A stretch of DNA of 64,000 bases from Moniliella sp. 'wahieum' (taxonomy: Eukaryota), in assembly GCA_003971905.1 (NCBI GenBank), contig RSEE01000055.1, positions 62,001-126,000 on the forward strand. The letters run 5' to 3'. Positions 23,944-37,201 of the stretch are shown piece by piece (position 1 is the stretch's first letter; the number at the start of each line of letters is the position of its first letter). Below the pieces are notes generated by a model. That model made no database searches. It was not told the DNA's origin and saw only the letters and a list, made by a program, of their open reading frames with translations. The position numbers and the translations under genes were made by a program.

Positions 23944-25513
23944 ATGCCCCCAAGCGCAGAAGCAGCGGTCCCAAAGCCGCCTCCAAAGCCACCGAGACTG
24001 TGGAACAGACCATTCCTGCGGCTCCATCCCCTTCTCTTCCCAATGGCGAGGCCAAGTCCAACTCCCCAAGGGTTGTGCCCTTGCAGCCGGTACGTCCTGT
24101 CCCTCCTGCGTCCAACCATAGCCAGTCTATTGACACTTCCGTCTAGCCCCCACTTCCTCTAACTTCTGTTCCGGCAGTAAATGAGCCCAAGGCACTGCCT
24201 CTGCTTTCGACTAGCTTTTCCTCTCTGGTTGCCTTGATCCCGCCGCGGTACTATTTGGTCCGAGAGGAGGATGAGGATCTTCTTGCTGGACTGGGTCAAG
24301 TCTCTTCGCGTTTCCACAAGAATGTGCGCTCCGGCACGACCAACAAGAAAGAGGCGGCCAAAGCGGCTCGGATCGCCAAGCTGAACCCTGCAAACCACAA
24401 ATCGGTGGAGGAGGTGGCTCTGGCACGGGCTCAAGGAGAAGATGATTTTGGAGTATGAGTACGAGGATGAGGAGGACAGCGATAACGAGTCCCTCGCCTT
24501 TGCTGTGGACGATGACGATGAGTCGGGCATGGAGGACGCAAGTGGACGCAAGCGCAAGCGCTCGTCCGAAGAGGAGGAGGAGGACACGCCGCCAAAAGGA
24601 CTGGCCACTTCGATTGAAGATCTGCATTCTCGTTTGCAGGATCGGGTGGTGGCGTTACGGAAAAAGCGTGGTGTGGATGAGACCAAGATCGAGTCGGAGG
24701 AAGTACTGGCTGAACGCAAGCGGAGGGGTGAGATGCGGGACCGCAGGCGAAGGGAGCGAAAGGAAGCACGACGGGCTGCCGCTGCCGCGGCCTCGGCCCC
24801 AACCTCGACGCCCAATTTAAAAAGTCGACAGACTCGCTTATGCATCCCAGCAAGTCTGAAGGTGGTGGGAAGAACACAGCTCCCGCGCTGTTGGTGTCTG
24901 CGCCCAAGTCGACGGTTTCTCAGGCCAAGGAGGCGGCGGCCAAGAAAGCTCGTGAGGTGTATGAGATTGATACCTCGGCGACGGATGTGCAGTTTGGAGG
25001 GGAAGTGGATGAGCGGGTGGCCAAGTTGGCCCAGAGCCATACTCTTCCGCGGGACCCCAAGACGGCATTGGCCATGCTCCAGGCGCGCAAGGCTAAGGCT
25101 GAGCGTATGGCGGAGAGAAAAAGCGGGCCAAGCACGGGGACCAGGCACAACAAGCTTCTCCTTCCGACGCAGCTTGGGATAAGGCGACCGCGGCGGCGGC
25201 GGGCGTGCGCGTCCGGGACAATGAGGCGATGCTTCAACAGGCGGCGGCGAGGAAGGATCGGGCCAAGGCCAAAGGAAAGGCGGCGTGGGCGGAGCGTACC
25301 CAGTCCATGAAGGACTCTCAGGCGGCGCGCCAAGCCAAGCGGGAAGAGAACATTGCTCTTCGGCAAAAGTCGAAGAAGAGCCACAAGCCCCACCCCAAGG
25401 ACACCCGCAAGACCTCCTCATCCTCCCGCCCTGGACTTGCTGGTAAGGCCAAGCCTGCTCGTGGGGGGATGCAGAGCAAGGCCCGGGGCAAGAGCAAGGT
25501 GGGGCGCAAGTAA
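23944..25513 (+). CDS. RRP14: Ribosome biogenesis protein Rrp14 / SURF6 family
   Basis: N-terminal RRP14 domain 'LIPPRYYL...KAARIAKLNP' and 'SIEDLHSRLQDRV'; SURF6 domain 'DPKTALAMLQARK...RVRDNEAML...AAWAER...QAKREENIALR'. One intron starts GTACGT at about 24089. Confidence 0.88.
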
Positions 25514-26321
25514 ACCTGGCCTGATCTTGGGGCGCGGCGCTTGCCGCCCAATCCATTCACCGCCGCAACCTGCTTTTGTCTTTCGCAGAGGTTGGCGGTA
25601 TGTGTTCTGCGTTGGAGTGTATTTCATCTGGATCCAGGCGCACCCGAGAAGGACCCCCACGTGGTTGACGACAACCTGTGCATGATGTTCGGTCCAGAGG
25701 CCTAGGCTCCTTTGTATCCCTTTTTCTGCCTGTTGGGGAGGACTACTACACCTACTCTATTGTACTGCTTTTCTGTTCACGCCCCACCACCGGCAAATGT
25801 ATGTGGGTAGAATGTACAACCCTTGTGAGGCGGCATGTTTTATCAGTGACAGGGCCATATCTTCACTGGCAGAGGCTCACCCATATTTGCTGTGTAAATA
25901 GTACTGGCGCCGCCATCCCCGCCGAGCCGGTCTTCTAATGCAAGGCCGGTGTGCGATGGTTACTCTTGTCGCGGGTCTGGACCGAGCGCCTGTGACCCTT
26001 ATGGATTATCCCGAGAATCTTCGAAGTCCTCAAAGAGCGAACTCATCCAAACACGGCCTGATGGCCGGGAGTACCTCGGTCGATATAACAACCCGCAATT
26101 AAAAAACGCGGTAGCTGTGAGTGCGTTACGCATTGCTGGCCACGGTCACGTGACGCGCACCACGTGACTGGCCATGCGAAGGACTGGGCAGGTTCCAAGC
26201 TGCTTACCTCAGCCAGTCCGGCCGCCAATCCTTCGCCGAGGGAACCCACACCTTCCCGCTCGGCCCCAGCCCACTGCCCACCAGCCCCACCGCGCGTCTT
26301 GCTTGGATTGGCTTGAGGACG

Positions 26322-28109
26322 ATGCTGGGTGTGTCGCCGAACTTGGCACGCTGCTCCGCGACGCGCGATGGACGAGGTGGCACAAGGAACAAGTGTACAC
26401 TGCTCCCCAGGCCTTCCGCGCCGTCGGCGACTGGGGTTCAAACAGCGCATGACCTCCCCCTACGCTTACGGCCGCGTGGAGGCGCAGCTGCGCAAGGACG
26501 ATGAGCGCGACGGGGCTGCCGTCGGTACTGCTGAGCCGGCTGCTGGTCCCCGCACCGCGGCGGCTACGGCCGAGTTTGTGAACAAGGGGGCCAAGGCTGT
26601 GTTTGCGGCGCCGGGACTCGGATGGGCATCCTACGCTACGTCAAGGTGCGCGACTTGGGCGGCACGTTTGACAACAAGGTCCGTTGGAAGGAAACCGAGC
26701 GCGCTGTCCAGTTCCGCCACGCATGGTTTGACAAGGGCGCCCACACGCTCGGCTTTATGGAGGCCCACCACAAGCGCAGTGAGGTTCCGGTCCAAACTGC
26801 TTTCGGCAACAACGCACGATTTTCCCGCCCGCAGGGCGTGCTGGGCTTGCCCCCACGTAGTGTGTTCGATGGTGCGTCGGAAACAGCGGATGTGTTTGGG
26901 AATGTGAATGGGGCACAGCCCCCCCGCGCCCCAGTGCCGGCCTGAAGATCCCTGGGATCGAGTCGGCGCCCGAGCTCAAGCAGGCGCCGCAGCCTGCCCC
27001 GGCGGCTGCTACGCCCGCTGCCAGCACGCCAACGTCCAAAGCATGGGCTCTTCGCCCTACATTCTTGACAAGCGGCTGTCGGTGCCCAACTACCACTTGC
27101 TTGAGCCCAAAGCGTTTGCCAAGTTTGTCAACCGGGTCGAGCAACAGCGGCCCCAGCTGGTCCGCAAGCTGGACGCCAAGCAGAAGGAGGCGATCAAGTT
27201 GGCATTGGCCAAGAAACTGCGTGCAGAAGCATTGGAGGCTGCCAAGAACAACCTGGATCTGACCAAGAAGCTGAGTGGACGCAGCCTGGCAGAATGGATG
27301 GGGAGGTGCCTTCTCTGGACGGAGTCAAGTGGGAGCAGCCCGACTTGTGGAACGTTGCGCGCAGCACGGACCGTGTGGAGATGAAGAGCGTGATCCATAC
27401 CAACGCGGTCCGTTCCTTGTTCGACAACAAGAGCTCCACCACATTGCCCTACCAGATTGCGAGGAAGGACCGTATTCACCCTTCGGCTGGGTTGCAGTAC
27501 GCGCAGCCGGACGAAGTGTTTACCAACTTGCTCAATGCGCCATTCCTGGTCGTGTCCTGGCCAATACACAATCGGCGGGGCGGACACGGTGGTGCCATCT
27601 CTCGCATCTCGCACCGCCGCACCGCCCTCGCTGGGTGTCTCGTCTGGCGGCCACATGGAACAGGTCCCTTCGGCGGTCAAGGAATGCTGCTCAACTGGAA
27701 CATGCGTCGCAGCAAGAACCCGCACTCGGAGGCCAACTTCCGTGTCATGGACGCAAGCATGGCTGTCGCTACTCCGCCCAAATATCGTCGGAGAATGGGG
27801 TTGGACGCCAAGTTGGCCAAGAACCGGCTTACGCGTGCCTCTTTCATTCCCAAACAGATGGGCATTGTCCAAGCCTTGTCGCGCCCAGTCAAGGTCAAAG
27901 CCGAAGCCAAGTTTCCTCCTCCGGGCTCGAGCCTTTCTGCCTCGGGCATGGTTTACACTGTGGAAAACGGCAAGGCCACAATCCAGAAGATCGAACCCAA
28001 AGAACCTCAGCCCCAGGCAGCGACGCCAAGTCCGGTCCAAGTGCATCGCAAGCTGGATCTGGAGGCGATGCTCAAGGGTGTCAACTCGGTCCTGCGCAGT
28101 CACAAGTGA
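26322..28109 (+). CDS. MRP51: Mitochondrial small-subunit ribosomal protein bS1m (Mrp51-like)
   Basis: 'QVYTAPQAFRAVGDWG[F]K', 'YVKVRDL', 'VPNYHLLEPKAFAKFV', 'HPSAGLQY' resemble fungal Mrp51 blocks. Frameshifted. Confidence 0.7.
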
Positions 28110-29479
28110 GGTGCTCTCCCTATTCCAACGGAAATGCTATGATTGGCACAGGCAGTTGTTCCATCCTTAGTCTTACGGTATATTAGCTCTGGATCGAAGG
28201 TGGTGCAATCCAGGTCGTCAACAGCGAGTCGATTGCCATAGTAGATGATGATGGCAACCGTCGCCTGCTCCTAGATGCTGGTACGAATGCAGATGCAGAT
28301 GCAGATCCGGACATTGTGGCTCCGACCCCCCCCCTTGTACTCCAGATGAGTACTATCTCTGCTCTGTGTTGCGCTCGAGGGGAGTGTTTATTACAGGCAC
28401 AGTCGATTGTGGACCGCTGGCAGTCTAATAGTGTCCGCTACATTTCTCTGCTTGGTCGTATCTCCCTCCTCCCACCTCATCTCGCGCCTGCACCTCATCC
28501 GGATGAAGGGAAAACGATGACGATTGGCGCTCTCTTCTGGCGAGGATGCATATGAGCGTGCTCAAGCTGCAGTGAGCAGGGCCGATGAATTTAAGGCGGT
28601 GCGGCGTGCATATTTGGGTCATTGCATGCTATAAGCGGTGGTCAGGTGACGGTGATGAGGCGCAGGCGTACCCAGCACTGCCTCAGGACTCAGACTGGGG
28701 GCTCAGGAGTACTGAGGTGAGGGCTACTGGTACTGAGGCTTGGCACTGGCTGCTCAGTGGCGGAGGGGAGAGGGCGGCGGAGGAAGGAAGCGAAGCTTCA
28801 AGCTTCACTCTGGAGGCCGTTGGGATGTGAGAAGCATGGATGGGATCCGCGGAGCCAGAGTGGCGACACGTTTTCAGGCAGGCGGAGAAGGGCCCAGTCG
28901 AGAGCGAGGCAGGGAGGAGGGGCGCGCGCGGTGGCTGATCGACTGATCGACCATCTACCTACTCGGTTGTCGCATGCTGGGCGTCCATGGCGTGCGCTGG
29001 CGTGTCAGGATGTGTCGATCCAACCAGTCTGAGATCCAAGCGCTTACAGAGCGCTTCCAGGCCCGGCTTGGCGCCCGAGCGATGATCGATGACGCACCCA
29101 CCCGCGCACTGCGCCGCACACCGCTCGCTTGGCTTCGGGGCTCGCATCAGTCCACTGTGGGCCCCGCGCAGCCGCGCTGGGGGCGGCGGCATGGGGGCAG
29201 TGCTGCCTGTGCTGCGCGGCGCTCAGCGCAGGGCAGCTGCCCCCGTGCGGCGGAGGAGCTGCGCATGGCGTGCGGGCGCCTGCTGGCTGCCGTCGCCTTG
29301 CTCGTCCCTGGTCGCTGCCTCGCCCCCTTCTCCTCGTCGCCAGCCCGCGTCCAACGCGCTCCTCTCCACCACCGCTGCGCCCCCACAGCAGCCCCCGCTG
29401 GTGCCAACGCCACCTCGCCCCCCACCCCTCCACCCCCTCCCCCCCTCCCCCTCCCTCCCCCTCCCCCCCATCCCCCGCC

Positions 29480-31946
29480 ATGGCCTCTTCCGCCTCCTTC
29501 TCCCCCAGCAGCAACCACCGCCACTCCAGTCTGTCCCAAAGCACCCTCCCCGCCCCTGGCCCGCTTCCCGGCACGCTGCCCTCCATGTCGGGCGCCCCAG
29601 CTTCGCCCCCTCCCTCTCCAGCCTGGCTGTTGCCGCTGCCGGCGACTCGCTTCGCCCCGCTCTCCTGGACGAGAGTGCGCTGTCCCCCCCGAGTACCGCG
29701 CCTACATCCCCGCCCTCCTTGGCCTGAGGCGTTCCGAGGCCGGCATCGACGGCCTGTACGACGAGCAATCCGCGCTGCAATACTTGCGCGAAAAGTGCAA
29801 GCTCCAGCTCAAGGACGAAGCCATGATCCTTGCCCTCTTTGAACGCACTCCGCTCGGCATCAAGCCAGGTCATTTCTTCGCTTGGCTCCGCCTCGTCTCC
29901 TGGGTCCAACAGGGCAAGCCTCCCAGCAAGAAGCTCCTCTTCACTCAAAGTGCGTTTGCTTGCACCCCCCTCTCCCGATTGACCTTGCTCTGACCCCTGC
30001 CCTCTGCCTGCAGCCCAGCCAGCGCAGACGTTCATTGGTGCCCCTCTGGGTACGACCCGCCCCGCCCACACACACCACCATGCCCCCCCTCCGACTCGAC
30101 CCACACCTCCAAGCTGGGGTATGGGCCTGCATCGCAACGGCGTCCGGCATCCCGCCAATCCGCCTCCCTCTCCGCAGCTGCGCTCCCCCTAGTAGTGTAT
30201 CCAGCTCTCACCCGCGCAAATCTATTGACCGACTTGTCCGGCCCCATGCGCATGCGGCCACCCAACAAGCTACGCCTCTCGGCCGTGGCAGCGTCGCAGG
30301 ACCCGCAGCCTGCGGATACCGTTCCGCACGCAGCCAGCAAGAACCCTTCCGCGCCTCGCTTGTGTCGGCCGCGGCCCAGGGTGTCGATCCAGCTGCTCCT
30401 CCAGTCAGCACCGCTACATCATCACCACCACCATCACCATCGCGACCGTACTGCTCGACCGTTGCAGCAGCAACCCCCACCCATCATCATCCTCATCGCC
30501 CGCCTCCCGTAGCCAGCTTCCGGCCCTGGATGCAGCTCCTGCCCCGGCCCACGCAGCGCCTCATCCTCCTGTGCCGCATGCACCTCCTGCGCCGTCGACT
30601 GTCTCGTCGGCCAACACGTTGCCACTAGATGCATTGATGGGTTCAATCCCCGCCCCGAACCCTTTCAAGCAATCCAATCCGCGTCTGGTCCGGCCTACCC
30701 CCGTTGTCGCTGGCTCCGAAGGCCCGTGTCGCATACGTTTGGCGATGCCGCCGACGCACGGGACCGCGAACGTGAAATGAACATGCTTACGCCTGCTTCC
30801 GGCTGGGCGATGGACGAGAACAACCTCTATGCCGGGTACAAGCCGAACGATCGCTTGGGCGTAACGATGCCGTCGCGCGCGCCCATCAGCCCGTTGATCC
30901 AGGCTGGCCTGGATGCTGCGTCCGAGGTGCAGAGGGCAAAGCAGGCTTTGCCCCCTAAAACCTATACCACCATCCAACGCAGCACGGTGCACCCGACCCC
31001 CCTCAAGCCCAAGGCAAGCAAGCCTGGCACGTCGAAAAAAGGGATCAGCGCGCCTCGCTCCACTGCCGCCGGCACCTCCACCACGGGAGCCGGACCGAAA
31101 CTTGTCGCGCCCCAGCGCGCCGAGCCGCGGCGGGGACCGACCTGAGTCAGCCTCGCAAGAAGGTCGCGTCCCGGTCGGAGTATTTGGACGAGGACGAGAT
31201 CCATTCCCTGCGCAGCCTCAAGAGCGGCAAGAGCAAGCGCAGTACCCTGGCCCGTCCCAACCCCGAATCGCACGTGTCCCCTGGCGTGGGCGATCTTCTG
31301 GGGTCCCATCTGGCCAGTCTTGGCGCCGGAGGCCGGCCCAAGTCGCGCGTAGCATGATGGCCCGGCCCCGTCCGCCCGACGACCTCCGATCCGAGGCGGC
31401 AATGACCAACAGTACGGCGGGATCGGTACGAACTGGTTGCGTGAACAGGACGCGTTTGCCCGCGCTCGTACGCAGACCGAAGGCCGGAGGAGGAATTCGG
31501 CGGTTCGCGAACCGGAGGGGTCCCGTCCAAGTCCCCGCGCCTCGTCTTTCTGCCTCGATGAGTACGCTTTCCGCCGAGGACGAAGGGATGCAGCGGGCTC
31601 GATGCGGGATGTGGCCGACGGCATCAGTCGGCCAGGCAACCCTTTTGACGCGCAGGCCGAACCGTCGCGCCCAACCCCCGTTTCCGTTTCGCTTGCTCCC
31701 CCGTGCTGCCTCCGCTCGCCTTGAGCCCGTCCCACCCTCCCGACCGCCTTGCCATCCTGACTGGGGCCACTGGACTCCCCACACCGCATGCCAAGCTCCA
31801 GTCCTAGGCCTCCGTCCAGAGGTGGCCCGCCTGGTCTCAAATCCGCTCCGACCATGTCTCCCTCCTCAGCAGCCACACTGAGAACGCGATCCCTCCATCC
31901 TCGACCCTGCCTGCATCTGCGCATCGTGCTGGACTGTTGCCTCTAG
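29480..31946 (+). CDS. Protein with an N-terminal EH-like domain and a Pro-rich tail with NPF motifs
   Basis: 'EAMILALFE...HFFAWLRLVSWVQQGKPPSKKLLFTQ' resembles the EH-domain C-terminal helix; intron after FTQ; 'PNPFKQ' and 'GNPFDA' motifs. 3' end uncertain. Confidence 0.5.
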
Positions 31947-32319
31947 TTCCTCCTTCCCTCGCCCGCATGGGTGCCGATCCCTTCTGCCCCTCTCCTGACC
32001 CCTCCACGCCTTCTTGGCCTTGTACGGGCGACCCCGGGCCCAGCATTTCGCATTCCCCTCGTTTCCCCTCTCGCTCTGCCATCCATCCACCCGACCGGAC
32101 CTGCCTGTGCTTGCCCTCCATCTGCTTTCTCTCCGCGTGGGCTGGACCCCACCGCCTTGTTTGCAGCCGGACACGGCCCCACGCAGGCCCGGTCCAGCTC
32201 ACCGTACCCTGCTACATTGGCGAGCCGGTGCTTGGCACGCCATGCCGCTCCACCGCTCCTTCAAACCGATACCAATTTTCAATTTTCTGTCTTGTCTTGA
32301 TGCCATCCTGCTCGCTGGT

Positions 32320-32394
32320 GAAGCTTGAAGCTTGAAGCTTGAAGCTTGAAGCTTGAAGCTTGAAGCTTGAAGCTTGAAGCTTGAAGCTTGAAGC
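32320..32394. repeat. Perfect heptamer microsatellite (GAAGCTT)10 plus GAAGC
   Basis: Ten exact units counted; equivalent to (TGA-AGCT)n. Confidence 0.98.
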
Positions 32395-33378
32395 ATGTGT
32401 TTGCATGATCCCTAGAGCGCCTGCCCCACTATGTGGCGGCGGCGCGGTGCCACGAAACGAGGATACGAAGACGCCAACCCAGTTGAGCTGATAGACCAGG
32501 GGAACAGGTGACTGTGTTGAATGGAGGCCGAGCGAATGGGGGTCGACTGATGCAACTGATGGGGCCGTTGGGCAGATGCTTAAGCTGCGACATCATATCC
32601 ACGCCCCTCACGGTTGCCCCGGCCTCCTACCATGTCGGATAATCGAAGCCCCAGGGCAAAGCGGAAGCGCCCCCTCGATTGCCCCGCCCTTGCCTGCGCT
32701 GGACCTGTTGGACCTCCTGCTGAGGGTGTGGAAGGCCACTGCAGAGAAGAGAATAGACAGGGGGGATGTGGAAAGTGTATTGCGTCACATAGGAGCTGCC
32801 GAGGCTAGGGGGATTCCTGTGCGCTCCAGGAAGGAGGATGTTGTCTGAAGCTAGCTTGAAGGCCAGCACCGAAAGGCAAGGGGGTTGAACGTTGAAGCTT
32901 TAAGGCGCTCAACGTCACAACTTAGACAGCTCAGGGAAGATGAACGATTACATGAACGGGTAACAAAGGAGGGTAGCGGGAATCTGTAGGGTCAAACAAC
33001 AAGTCTGGCATCTACATCGATCACGAGCCTCTCTGTGCTTTGCAGGGCTCGGAACTAAGAGAGCGTGTTTGACGTAACGAAAAAGTATATCATCAGGACC
33101 CGGGCCCAAGGAGAAGACGGGCGAATACAAGAAAGATATCTACGGAGCCAGCATGCCCAAGCAGGAGAGAGAATGGCCGACCACGTGGACCAACGGGGCG
33201 GCCAAACGGACACCGATCCCCGTTCTCGGTTCACATCGCACAGGAAAAGAGACAGGTGCACCGGGAAAAAAAGGAAAAGGAGAGTAGGCACCGGCTGAAT
33301 ATGATGAGAGAACTGAGATTGGGGCCAAAGTGTGGAGGACGAGAGAGGCAGGGAGTGGGAGGGGACGATGTGTCGGTT

Positions 33379-35337
33379 CTACTCCAAATCCGTCTTGCGC
33401 TGGACCGTCTCGTTGATGGGTGCGAGGTCCTCTTTCTCCTCCTCCGCCTGGACCTCGGCCAAGTTGCGTGCCGGCGCCGATCCGTCTCCCATCAGGACGT
33501 CGTTGCGTCCATGGGCAACCAGGTAGGCGTTCCACTCGCGATCTTGCTCAGCCAAATCAATCTTGGTCGTATCGGGCACAAGCAAGGCAGCAATCGCGAC
33601 GCCTACCGCGCCAATTCCGGCGGCCCAGTAAAACGTTGCGTTCTTCCCCCCCTTCGTTGGATGGGCTGGAAGGATTGGGTGCCGATGGCCGCGCCGGCCT
33701 TGGCAAACGCAGCTGCAAACCCATAGTGAGTTCCGCGCAGTGCGGTTGGGAAGGACGAGGCAGATACCAGGCCGCACGCCGATCCTGGGCCCAGGTTGCC
33801 AAACGAGGCCAACAGACCGTACAATACCACCATCGCAGCAGGTGCTTCCAGCAGCTTGTTCCATGCTGCTCCGATGATCACGCCTATTCACACACACCCC
33901 CCACCTACGCGTTAGCCAAACCAGGTGCAAAGCAAGGGGAGCAAAAATAGGACCACAGACGAACCCAAAACGACATAACCACCAAAGCCGATGACGAGGA
34001 GCCACTTGGTTCCAACGTAAGGAAGGATGATGGGTCCCAGGAACGCTCCGGGGAGAGAAAGAGCGCCGAGCAGCAACTGGTACTCGGCCGTCTTGCGCAG
34101 AGGCGGTTTGTGCAGAATGATGGAGATGACCGTGCCTGAAAAGACGCCATTGGAAAAGCTGACAACTGGAGGGAGAAACAGAATATACAGAGGGTGTTAG
34201 AGAAAAAAGGTGTTCTCGCCAGTTCGGGGGGTCTAACATGCAGCAAGAAACTGATCATGTAGGCACTCACAGTCATACAGAAACCATGCCATGGAAATAC
34301 CAAACAGACGTGGCCAGTACTTTTTCAGCGCCAGCAGATAGGGCACCTTGTGACGGATGGCATTCTTTCGGTAGAGCTTGGAGTTGATCATGCGCCACCG
34401 GAAGTAAAACTGTCATGGGCAGCAGTGCTCCAATCCCGAAACAGACGCGCCAGGTAATGTCGAGTTTGCGCATGTCGCTCGCACCCTGGGGCTTAGGGGT
34501 GTCGCCGTACCCGGTTGCCGACAAGACGATGAGGAAAATGGACGAAGCCAGCGGTCCGCCAAAAGTGAGGACGACGTTGGTGACCCAGATAAAGATCGAG
34601 TCGCGCTTGGCGCGGGAAGAGAAACGTTCATCGGCCGCCTCGGATGCCGAGACGGAGGAAGCGGGGTACTCACCACCCACGCCAAAGCCGATTGCGCCAC
34701 GGGTCACGACGAGCCACCAGAACAGGTTGTTGGGGTTGCCATGGATAGGCGAAGCAGCGGTGGAAAAAATGGCCCCAAGCACGAGGATGACGGTGGTGAT
34801 GACGATGGCCGACTTGCGGCCGACACGGTCGGTAATCACACCGACAACCAGTTGACCCATAATCGCACCCACCAAGAGCGCGTTGCTTACACGCGTGCTC
34901 ATTGTGGATGTGTAGACATCGGTGCCATAACGCTGCAGCAGGCCATGGGTACCTCCGTCAGTATATAAGAAAGCTTTTTGCTGTGATGTGAGCCAAAGAC
35001 GTCGGGAGAAGATGCGTACCGTCTGAAATAGTACATTGGCAAGGGTCATGCAGTTGTTTTGGAAGCCGTCGCTGATCAAGGCAGCACCGGCGGCCAGAAC
35101 AGTAAAGAAGGAGCTGTACTTGGCGATCTTGGCCTGCTTGGCCTGCTTGGCCACCTCTTTGGGGTCTTGGTAGGGCAGGTTGGCAGGCGTCAAGTCGCCC
35201 GAGGGCAGTTCCTGCAGCGGCGACTTGTCGTTGCTGCTCTGTTCATCGGACGAGACCTTGACAAAGTCGTCTTGGCCGAGCATGTTGGTGGCAGGCGGTG
35301 GCGGGGACCAGGATGCGGGCGCCGAGGGGGCGGCCAT
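33379..35337 (-). CDS. GIT1: MFS glycerophosphoinositol/glycerophosphodiester permease, GIT1-like
   Basis: 'AGAALISDGFQNN', 'VSNALLVGAIMGQL...ITDRVGRK', 'RGAIGFGVGGEYPASSVSASEAA', 'GNLGPG...FPTALRGTHYGFAAAFAKAGAAIGTQSF', 'DLAEQDREWNAYL'. Three apparent introns. Confidence 0.85.
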
Positions 35338-35351
35338 GCGGGGCGCTGGAG

Positions 35352-35405
35352 AGGAGAGGTGAGGGCAGGAGAGGTGAGGGCAGGAGAGGTGAGGGCAGGA
35401 GAGAC
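35352..35405. repeat. 15-bp tandem repeat in the GIT1-like 5' UTR
   Basis: AGGAGAGGTGAGGGC repeated three times plus a partial copy. Confidence 0.85.
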
Positions 35406-36009
35406 GGTGAACCAACAGGAAAATGGGAGCAGTCTCTTCTTTAAAGCACCGCACCAAGTAACACAGCAGGAGAGTGGGAGGGCAGAGGACCCTGCGGCGG
35501 AAGAAGCGGGTGGTGGTGTGGGGAAAGCGTATCGTGTGCAGACGGGGCCGAGACGCCGCATCAGACCATTGTCTTGCCCTATGATGGATCCGATCATCGA
35601 TCATGCCCCTCGTTGGCCCGCACGCCGCCAGCACACAGCAGCAGGCCCACCCACGGGCGAGGCGACAGAAGGATGCTGCTCGGTCCGGTGCGCACGTTCT
35701 CTGCGAAGAGGAGAACAGCGTGTCCATCCCGCCCCAGCGCCCAGCCTAGAACGCCAGCCGCCCCATGCCCCGCCTGGGACCATGCTGCGCTGGGCTGCCG
35801 GCCCCTGCCCATCACCTCTCCCCCCTCGGAGGCCAGATGGCAGAGACGGCGTACACGCGAGCACACGCCCCGGAGTACATATTGGCGGTATAAACCACCT
35901 GCTTGCCCAATGGCCGCTCGGCTGAAGCGCGCAAGGCGGGCAAGCCATAGCGCACGTGCCGTACGCCCCACACGGCCCAGCACCCGGCCACTGTCCCTGC
36001 AGCATCGCG

Positions 36010-36990
36010 TGTCACATGTCAGTGGTCACCGGTTGCATGTCACATGTCACCGGTCGCAGGGGAATTCACATGCAGAGGTCCAACGCCCAACTTTTTCCAC
36101 CTTCATCCACCGGCCGCCCCCGCTCTTCTCCGTCGGCACAACCGTCCGTTTGGGTCAGCGCTTTTAGCCGGCCGAGCCGAGAATCGAGCGGCACAGAGAG
36201 GGTTGCCCTGGGTTACCCGGATGGAAAAGCGTTGCTTCTTACCCAGCTGGCTGCGTCCGTGGCCAACCAGCCGAGAGAGATCAACGATCAACATCAAAAC
36301 AACCCAATAACAGGGCAACAATTAACTTACTGTAGCGCCCCGCCCTGCCTCCTACCCTGTAACCTGAACCTGTAACCTGTAACCGGTAACCGGTAACCCC
36401 GCACCCCACAGACCAGCCCAGGTCCCAGGTCCCAGGTCCCAGGGCCACAGCGCAAAAATGCGTGGAGCGTAACAACAGAGCTCGCCGAGCCAGAAGGAGA
36501 CCCAGGCCTCACAGGCATCATGCATCAGGCCTCAGGCCTCACAGTGGCCTCAGGCACGCAAAGGACGACGGCTGATCGAATCGAGCTGATCGACATGATC
36601 GCTTGATCGGCTCGGCGCCCCGAAGCTCCCCTACCGCCTTCCTTTCTTACCCCACAGACTGTCTCTCTTTTCTTGGCCTTTTGGGTGTTTGGCAAATTTG
36701 ACGCTTAGACGCAGGGAAGAAAAGCACACTGGGCATGCACCACGCGTCAGACACCATGCAGCCGGCAGGTCGTCGATCATCATCGTTCCTAGGCCTTTAG
36801 GCCTTATGGCCTTATTGCAGGAACTGGGTGAGAGTGTGTTGAATGTTGCTACAGTCAGTTGATGAACGTTGAACGTACGTTGAACGGCTGAGGTCTGTTG
36901 AGACGTTGACGGTAGACGCGTTGCCGGTTGGTAAACCGTTGGTACTAATCGTAGACGAAGAAAGGTTGACGCAACGTTGATGCGTCGCGC
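36010..36990. repeat. Cluster of TNA-palindrome-TNA and other 7-bp arrays
   Basis: TCA-CATG-TCA-CCGG-TC 36040; TAA-CCGG-TAA-CCGG-TAA 36380; (CCCAGGT)3 near 36417; TCA-TGCA-TCA-GGCC-TCA-GGCC-TCA 36518-36541; TGA-ACGT-TGA 36863. Confidence 0.85.
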
Positions 36991-37201
36991 CATCGTTTTC
37001 CGCTCCAGCAGGCCCCGATGCTCATCCGCTCTTCCCCCGCCGTAGTTGGGTGCCTAGACACTTCCCATCTTCCCTCCCAAACGGGACAAACAAGCGACGT
37101 CTTTTCACCCACACCCACCCATGAATCCTCTCGACCGTGATCACGTAGGCTGCCTTATACCTACGACGGTCCACATTCATGTCATCCCCCAGCCCACTTC
37201 G

